Origin: Paramoeba atlantica
Lineage: Eukaryota > Protista > Discosea
NCBI GenBank assembly: GCA_977017575.1
Contig: CDRNVI010000215.1
Span: forward strand, 1-43,322
Direction: 5' to 3'
Length of the DNA: 43,322 nucleotides
Shown here: piece by piece, positions 43,322 to 43,322 of the stretch
Numbering within the stretch: the stretch's first letter is position 1
How the letters are laid out: each line of letters begins with the position of its first letter
The notes under the pieces: generated by a model
Told to the model about the DNA's origin: nothing
Database searches by the model: none
What the model saw: the letters and a program-made list of their open reading frames with translations, nothing else
Program-made: the position numbers and the translations under genes

Positions 43322-43322
43322 A

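Overview
The window has two unrelated halves joined at 34498/34499. Left (1-34498): AT-rich, low-complexity eukaryotic DNA, probably from a protist, holding a dense array of 11 paralogous TRIM-NHL-like genes (G1-G11). The architecture is basic/acidic N-terminus, RING, phase-1 GT-AG intron, B-box1, B-box2, coiled coil, 6 NHL repeats. Strands alternate strictly (-,+,-,+...), separated by homologous head-to-head and tail-to-tail spacers that occur in both orientations. G2, G3, G5, G6, G8 and G9 are complete and intact; G1 is intact but runs off the window. G4 is an in-frame NHL-only deletion variant, G7 and G10 are disrupted, and G11 is cut at the junction. NHL scaffolds are nearly identical, while residues at the predicted ligand-binding face differ between copies in mosaic patterns. 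Spacers also hold an orphan NHL segment and a captured exon fragment of a BIG/Sec7-family ARF-GEF. Right (34499-43322): a Flavobacteriaceae-type respiratory operon on the minus strand (actB-actC-actD-actE-actF of alternative complex III, then coxB and the 5' third of coxA), with three +1 homopolymer frameshifts. coxA is fused in frame to the last NHL blades of G11. The junction is most likely an assembly or read chimera, although lateral transfer cannot be excluded from sequence alone. Exon boundaries were inferred by hand; host taxonomy cannot be determined here.
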